Positions 58,724 through 64,000 of a stretch of 64,000 nt of DNA are shown here, one piece after another. The notes beneath the pieces are model-generated. The model worked only from the letters and a program-made list of their open reading frames with translations, was not told the DNA's origin and did no database searches. Made by a program: the position numbers and the translations under genes. Source of the DNA: Gemmatimonadota bacterium (GTDB lineage Bacteria; Gemmatimonadota; Gemmatimonadetes; Gemmatimonadales; Gemmatimonadaceae); assembly GCA_040389905.1 (NCBI GenBank), contig JAZJZK010000023.1, positions 64,307-128,306 of the forward strand. The letters are read 5' to 3'. Numbering within the stretch: position 1 is the first letter of the stretch; each line of letters opens with the position of its first letter.

Positions 58724-60895
58724 ATGCCACCATTCCGGCGGACCGTGCATGCCTTCCGTTCGGCGACGGAACTCGCGACCAATCGGCCGGCGTACGCGGC
58801 CGGCATCCGCGCGTCGTTCGCCACCGTCGTTCCGCTGGCCATCGGTCACGTCTTCGGGCACCCCGAAGCCGGCAGCTGGATGAGCATGGGCGGATTCAAC
58901 GGCGCGCTCTCCGACAAGGGTGGGTCGTACAGCACGAGAGCCAAAACGATGACGGCGCTGCTGGTCGCCGGCGCGTTGGGAGCGGTCATTGGCACGGTTG
59001 TCTCCGGGCATCCCATTCCGGCGCTGGTGGCCACGTTCCTCGTTGCGTTTCTCGCGAGCGTGCTGCGCGTTTGGGGGAATCCCGGCATCAGCATCGGCAG
59101 CGCCGGACTCACCGTCTACGTCATCGCGCTCGCCATCCCGCCCGACAGCCACTCCAGCGCGGTGCTCCGCGCCGCGTTCCTCGTTGTCGGCGGTGTCTGG
59201 TCGATGGGGATCGCCCTCGTACTATGGCCACTCCGCCCCTACCGACCAGCGCGTCTTGCGATTTCCGCGTGTTATGACGCGCTTGCCGATCATATCGCGC
59301 TGCTGGCGATGTCAGCGCGACTCGAGCACACATCAGAATGGCCCGTTCCGCTCTCGCCGGCAGCGGCCACCCACGTGCGCTCCGCGCTCGAAAATGCGAG
59401 GGCCGTCCTCGTCCAACTCCGCCGAGGCCGCCCGGGAGCGGTGGATCGCGGCGAGCGACTGCTCGTGCTTGGCGAGTCCGCGGACCAACTCCTCGGTCAC
59501 GTCGTTGCGCTCGGCGACACGCTTTCAACGCTGCGCGGAGCCGCGAGGAATGAGGCGCTGCACGAGCGGTGTGCGGCGCTCCTTGAAGCACTGGGTGTCA
59601 CGGCAAGAGCCATTGCGGTGGGGGTGTTGTCGGAGGACTCCGTTGCGAAGGTCGCGGTTCCGTGGAGCGGCGAGGCGCTGCGTATCATCATTCGGAACGC
59701 GCCGGCCGGAACGATCGATCCGCAATACGAACACGCGGCAATCATCTTCGATCGCGCAGCACAGTTCGCGAGTGCCGCCGCCGTGTCGCTCGACGCACTC
59801 AATGGGGGCGAGTCGTCCGCCGCATCGGCGGCGACGGCGGCACTCGTCCGCGCGCCGGCATCCGACGATGTTCGTGAGGAGCATCCGTTGTGGGACTCGT
59901 TTCAGGCGATGCTCTCACCTGGTTCGTTGATCGTCCGTTTTGCGCTGCGCGTCGCGCTCGTCACCACGGTCGCGGTCGCGCTGACCGAGGCGCTGGAGAT
60001 CAAGCGCGGCTACTGGGTGACGATCACGGTAATCGTGATCCTCCAGCCGTATACCGGCGTCACCCTCACACGCGCCGTGCAGCGCGTGCTGGGCACGGTG
60101 CTCGGCGCGCTCGTCGCGTTGGCCCTCGGGGCCTACTTCCACGACGCGAGGTCGATTCTCGTCGTCGCGACGGTGTTCGTCGCGTGTTGCGTGGCCTTGC
60201 TTCCCGTCAACTACGCGGCGTTTTCGGTCTTTCTTACTCCGACCTTCGTTCTCCTCGCGGAAGCCAGCGCGGGGGATTGGAGTCTCGCGGGCACACGCGT
60301 CGAGAACACGCTCCTCGGCGGCGCGCTGGCGCTGTTAGGCGCGCGCCTCCTGTGGCCGAGTCCAGAGCGAACGCGCTTTCCGTCGTATGCGTCGACTGCC
60401 CTGCGCGCCGGTGCCGGCTATCTCGCCTCGGTGATCGATGGATACGACGATCGAACACACACGTCGGGCGACGTGATGCGCAGTGCTCGGCGCGCGGTGG
60501 GCCTCGCCACGATCAATGCGGAAGAATCACTTCAACGCGCACTGACCGAGTCGCACGGCGACGAGAAGCCGTTGGCGCCGGCGCTGACGCTCCTCGCGTA
60601 CACCAGGCGGTTCACCGCATCGGTTGCGGCGCTCGCATTGGCGCGGCACGCCGACGACGGCACCCGCGGCGCTGCATTGGTGCGGTACCGGGAGCATATC
60701 GTGACCATCCTCGAGGATCTGGCGACGGCAGTGGACGAGGGCAGGCAGCCTCGCGCCCTGCCGGAAATGCCGGACTCGCGTGAGGACCAGAATCTTTCCC
60801 CTGTCGTGGTGTCCCGGCTGGATCGCCTGCAGCGTCAGGCGACGACCCTTCACGACGCCGTCGCGCGGATGGCGACGTGGTCTGCGACGGGGTAG
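58724..60895 (+). CDS. FUSC/YccS family membrane protein
   Basis: GYWVTIT..LQP..QRVLGT..R..NTLLG; two TM blocks. Confidence 0.88.
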   Translation: MPPFRRTVHAFRSATELATNRPAYAAGIRASFATVVPLAIGHVFGHPEAGSWMSMGGFNGALSDKGGSYSTRAKTMTALLVAGALGAVIGTVVSGHPIPALVATFLVAFLASVLRVWGNPGISIGSAGLTVYVIALAIPPDSHSSAVLRAAFLVVGGVWSMGIALVLWPLRPYRPARLAISACYDALADHIALLAMSARLEHTSEWPVPLSPAAATHVRSALENARAVLVQLRRGRPGAVDRGERLLVLGESADQLLGHVVALGDTLSTLRGAARNEALHERCAALLEALGVTARAIAVGVLSEDSVAKVAVPWSGEALRIIIRNAPAGTIDPQYEHAAIIFDRAAQFASAAAVSLDALNGGESSAASAATAALVRAPASDDVREEHPLWDSFQAMLSPGSLIVRFALRVALVTTVAVALTEALEIKRGYWVTITVIVILQPYTGVTLTRAVQRVLGTVLGALVALALGAYFHDARSILVVATVFVACCVALLPVNYAAFSVFLTPTFVLLAEASAGDWSLAGTRVENTLLGGALALLGARLLWPSPERTRFPSYASTALRAGAGYLASVIDGYDDRTHTSGDVMRSARRAVGLATINAEESLQRALTESHGDEKPLAPALTLLAYTRRFTASVAALALARHADDGTRGAALVRYREHIVTILEDLATAVDEGRQPRALPEMPDSREDQNLSPVVVSRLDRLQRQATTLHDAVARMATWSATG

Positions 60896-60905
60896 TTTCG
60901 TGCTC

Positions 60906-60919
60906 GGAACGGTCCTTGC
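60906..60919 (+). promoter_or_regulatory. sigma54-type promoter
   Basis: GGAAC-GGTCC-TTGC, about 60 nt upstream of the next start. Confidence 0.5.
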
Positions 60920-60982
60920 TCGGTTCGCACTCGCCGGCAAGCGGCCGCGTAATGCGACACCCACCCTTTCCGGCTACGCAAC

Positions 60983-61501
60983 GTGGCTGTACGGACGTTT
61001 TTGGACTCCTCCGGTATGGAGTGGGAGGTCTTCGAGGTCCATCGTGCCTCGGAAGCGCCACGCGGCGTGTCGCCAGGACTGGAGCGCGGGTGGCTCGCCT
61101 TCTCGAGTCTCGCCGGAAAGCGACGGCTGGCGCCCTTTCCTGACAACTGGGAGAGCTACGCCGCCGCCGAGCTCGAGGGCCTCTGCGATCGAGCACGTCG
61201 CGCGAATCCTCCCCGCTACCCCGAGGATGGTCCGCGCGTCTTGCGGAAGCGAATCGAAGAACCGCCTGAGCCCGAGGAAGCGCCCGAAGACCGGAACGTG
61301 CGAGAGGTCGTGCGAACCTTTGCGCGCGAAGCGCGAGCAGCGCAATCCCCGGCGATCGGTGCGATGGTCCGGCTCAAGGCGCTCCTGGCTGAGCGCTTCA
61401 ACGGCTCGGATACGCCGCCCGAGGTGAAGAAGGTGGCAGGGGACATGCGCCGGGTCCGACGGTGGTTCGTGGAAGCCTACTACTTCGAGCGCAGCAGCTA
61501 G
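60983..61501 (+). CDS. Hypothetical protein
   Basis: 172 aa; RTF.DSSG.EW.V and GWLAF..RRLAPFP.W N-terminal module. Confidence 0.7.
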   Translation: MAVRTFLDSSGMEWEVFEVHRASEAPRGVSPGLERGWLAFSSLAGKRRLAPFPDNWESYAAAELEGLCDRARRANPPRYPEDGPRVLRKRIEEPPEPEEAPEDRNVREVVRTFAREARAAQSPAIGAMVRLKALLAERFNGSDTPPEVKKVAGDMRRVRRWFVEAYYFERSS

Positions 61502-61502
61502 G

Positions 61503-61979
61503 TCAGTCCCGGTAGGGCGAGTCGTGATAGGGGGACTCCTCGTCAAACACGAGGTCGTCGAAGTTTTCCTTGACGCGGGGAACGACGGCTCCATCGGGTG
61601 CGAGTGCCTTGACGAGGTCGACGAGCATCGGACTCAGGTGCGATCCGTAGCGGCGCAGCATGGCGGCTCGCTCCCGCTTCCGAAGCAGGAACGCCAAGAT
61701 CGGCATGTCGGCTTTGGCGCCGTTGCAGTCGCTACACGCGAGCACGAGGTTGTCGCGCCGGTCAAAGGCGCTCTGTCCCCTCCGCGGGGCAACGTGGTCG
61801 AGCGTGATTGCGGTGGCGGGAACTCGCCGGCCGCAGTAGGCGCAGACTGGGCCGTGCTGCTCGATGAGCCAGCGCCGCGTTTCGGCGTATGCGGTGCGGC
61901 TTGTGGATGTGGACGTCAGCTGGGGTGCGGCGGTGCCGCGGCCCCTGCGTCTGGTGGAGCGTTTTCGTGGTGTCGTCAC
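61503..61979 (-). CDS. HNH endonuclease
   Basis: CAYC..TLDHV..NLVLACSDCNGAK. Confidence 0.88.
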   Translation of the reverse strand: MTTPRKRSTRRRGRGTAAPQLTSTSTSRTAYAETRRWLIEQHGPVCAYCGRRVPATAITLDHVAPRRGQSAFDRRDNLVLACSDCNGAKADMPILAFLLRKRERAAMLRRYGSHLSPMLVDLVKALAPDGAVVPRVKENFDDLVFDEESPYHDSPYRD

Positions 61980-62039
61980 AACAGCGGGAAGTGCGCGGCG
62001 GGGCTTCAGCCGCGTCGAGTAATCAGGTTAGGAGTACGG

Positions 62040-62275
62040 TCTCAGGCAAGGACGACCGATGAGGGGTGTGCGCCACTCGGCGCCTCAGGGTAGAAAGGTA
62101 TACCCCGGCGCGCGCCGTCGTTCCTTGGGGGGAAGCCCGCTCGCGTCGCTCGCTTGACGGCCCGCTCGCTGCGGTGCACCTCGCTGGACAGAAAAACGGG
62201 GCGAACAGAGCTGTTCCCGTCAAGCGAGCGGGCTGTCAGCCAAACTTGAGTGGCGAAACGGGCGCACGCCGGGTT
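62040..62275. other. Strongly structured intergenic region (candidate ncRNA or cis-regulatory switch)
   Basis: Nested inverted repeats, including a perfect 14-bp pair 62147-62160 / 62217-62230. Confidence 0.45.
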
Positions 62276-62334
62276 ATGGTCAGAATACGGTGCCCGGGGT
62301 AGTAAACGGACCACGAGGAAGCAGGAGTGTGCGA

Positions 62335-63291
62335 GTGCGGGCTCGTTCGATGTTGGTCGTGTTGGCTTGGGGATGCCTGGCGTGCCGGTCCGGAACACCG
62401 GGGCCGTCGTTCGCGGGCGCGGCACTGCTCGCGCCGTCGTCGGAGGCGGAGGCGGCGCATGACGAGTTGCTCCGCTCCGATTTGAGCCGCGGTGATTCGG
62501 TCTCTCGGCTTGGACTGGCGGATGGTGTGTCGAGCCTGTTCAGCAACGACGTCATCTTTCTGCGTGGTGGGCTACCGATTCTCCGTGGTCGCTCCGCAGC
62601 GCGCGCGGTCATCGCCGCCGAGTCGTTTGCCGCGAATACCGCGGTTCGCTGGCAACCGGTGCGTGCCGAGGCGAGTACCGACCGAACGTCGGGCTATTCC
62701 TACGGTTATGCGATTTACAGCGCGCCACAATCGGGCGCACCAACGATCCGAGTCGACCGCTATATCGCGTACTGGAGAAAGGAGCCACTGGGTTGGCGAA
62801 TCGCCGCCTACGCCGAGACGTATGGTTCGGAACCACCGGCGCTGGCGCTTCCGCCAGTGCTCACGAGTGCGGTCGTGGCCGACGCCCCCATGTCGATCAA
62901 GCGCGCGCCCGTCGATGCGCTCCGCAGCGCCGACATCGATTTTTCCCGTGATGCAGGCAAGCTCGGAACGGGCGAGGCGTTCGGCCGTTACGCGTCGTCG
63001 GACGCGCAGATGTTTTCCGCGCCCGGAGAATTCATCACCGGACCGGATGCGATTACCGATTCCTTTGGTCCATCGTCCAAGGGAACCTCACTGGCCTGGC
63101 ATCCCGTCGAGGGAGAGTTGACCAAGACGAGCGACATCGGGTTTACCGTCGGTAACGCCATCTTTACCGGCGAGCGCGAGGACGGGGCGAAAGTGGTTCG
63201 CTATTCGAAGTATCTCACCGTGTGGAAGAAGCAGCGCGACGGCACGTGGCGCTTCGTCGTCGACGGCGGCAGCGCACGTCCCGGTACGTGA
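62335..63291 (+). CDS. Tandem NTF2-like (DUF4440/SnoaL-like) domain lipoprotein
   Basis: Two W.P..G.SYG/GFTVG..YxxxWxK...W repeats; lipobox LAC; start uncertain. Confidence 0.8.
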   Translation: MRARSMLVVLAWGCLACRSGTPGPSFAGAALLAPSSEAEAAHDELLRSDLSRGDSVSRLGLADGVSSLFSNDVIFLRGGLPILRGRSAARAVIAAESFAANTAVRWQPVRAEASTDRTSGYSYGYAIYSAPQSGAPTIRVDRYIAYWRKEPLGWRIAAYAETYGSEPPALALPPVLTSAVVADAPMSIKRAPVDALRSADIDFSRDAGKLGTGEAFGRYASSDAQMFSAPGEFITGPDAITDSFGPSSKGTSLAWHPVEGELTKTSDIGFTVGNAIFTGEREDGAKVVRYSKYLTVWKKQRDGTWRFVVDGGSARPGT

Positions 63292-63779
63292 CGACGGCGC
63301 GCCGAACGCGGTGGATCTGGAGGTCGACGGTGTTCGTGATGTTGGCGAGTGGAGTCGGGTGTCGCGCCGCCGATTCGACGTCATCGCGGTCTGCGACGTA
63401 CATCGCGGCGTTGAGTGGCGCGCGGGAGGTGCCAGCGTCTGGGACCACGGCCTCTGGTTCCGCGACACTCACGGTGACGGGGTCGACGCTCGTGTACAGT
63501 GTGTCCACGAGCGGCTTCGCAACGCCGCTCAGTGTGGGCCACATTCACGTCGGCGGGGGCGGGCAGATCGGGCCGGTAATCGTCCCGTTCACGATCGTCG
63601 CCCAGACGGGAATGGTTGCAACGGGCAGCGTGGACCTCTCGAAACCGGTCTCTTACAACACTCTGACACTCTCGGGTGACTCGCTCGTCACTCTCATGGA
63701 CGCCGGGCTGATGTACGTGAACCTCCATACGGCAGCGTTTCCTGGAGGCGAGATACGCGGACAGATTGTCAGGCAATGA
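63288..63779 (+). CDS. CHRD domain protein
   Basis: LSG..EVP, GHIH, YVNLHT..FPGGEIRGQI. Confidence 0.9.
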   Translation: MTTARRTRWIWRSTVFVMLASGVGCRAADSTSSRSATYIAALSGAREVPASGTTASGSATLTVTGSTLVYSVSTSGFATPLSVGHIHVGGGGQIGPVIVPFTIVAQTGMVATGSVDLSKPVSYNTLTLSGDSLVTLMDAGLMYVNLHTAAFPGGEIRGQIVRQ

Positions 63780-63790
63780 GGGCATGGGCT

Positions 63791-63866
63791 CGGGGTGGGG
63801 CTTTTGACCGCCGGCTTGGGCGCGGGGTGGGGCTTTTGACCGCCGGCTTGGGCGCGGGCTGGGGCT
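63791..63866. repeat. 32-bp G-rich tandem duplication
   Basis: CGGGGTGGGGCTTTTGACCGCCGGCTTGGGCG twice, plus a partial third copy. Confidence 0.85.
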
Positions 63867-63938
63867 AGGGCCCGGGATTGGGCCTACCTGCAGGCTCGGG
63901 GGTGGGGCGGGGGCCTGCGCGTGGGCTGCAAAACGAGT

Positions 63939-64000
63939 CAGACAGCAGACAGCAGACAGCAGACAGCAGACAGCAGACAGCAGACAGCAGACAGCAGACA
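63939..64000. repeat. CAGACAG heptamer tandem repeat running off the window end
   Basis: About 9 perfect copies. Confidence 0.95.

Noticed and set aside
61503..61979. IscB/HEARO or Cas9-like RNA-guided nuclease
   Set aside because: Only 158 aa; no RuvC segments, PLMP motif or CRISPR repeats
62000..62110. Resemblance to a TPP riboswitch (minus: CTGAGA..AACCTGAT) or glycine riboswitch (plus: CTCAGGCAAGGAC)
   Set aside because: The remaining conserved cores and pairings are missing, and the flanking genes do not fit
63791..63866. CRISPR array
   Set aside because: Repeats are directly adjacent with no spacers, and no cas genes are present

Overview
High-GC bacterial chromosomal window with about 62 CDSs and 2 tRNAs (Ala-CGC, Gln-CTG). 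Gene content suggests Gemmatimonadota, but that is an inference. I found no rRNA, CRISPR array, transposase, integrase or prophage. In order it contains: a CsbD-family gene and TonB; an exported sugar-oxidation operon (ThuA-like, PQQ dehydrogenase with an inserted cytochrome c, Tat TIM-barrel, TolB-like); an ECF sigma/serine hydrolase/FecR/TonB-receptor cassette; two convergent BlaI-M56 modules with visible operators, one sensor broken; an Eco57I-like adenine methyltransferase overlapping an SNF2-like helicase, with no nuclease evident; metal genes (mntH-USP-mntR, mgtE, CopZ-like); rnz; an MhqR-like quinone-stress regulon; and an HNH gene next to a strongly structured intergenic region. The best candidate for an undescribed system is the coupled pair at 35426-38127. 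The membrane protein carries both PmoC/AmoC-type copper-site motifs at matching spacing. Its partner has a PmoB-like layout (signal peptide, mature N-terminal His, two TM helices, His-rich soluble domains). A MEDS-domain kinase and SURF1 lie next to the pair. Also notable are sigma54-type promoters upstream of five small stress-type or orphan genes and three families of REP/MITE-like inverted repeats. All calls come from manual motif reading; no searches were run.
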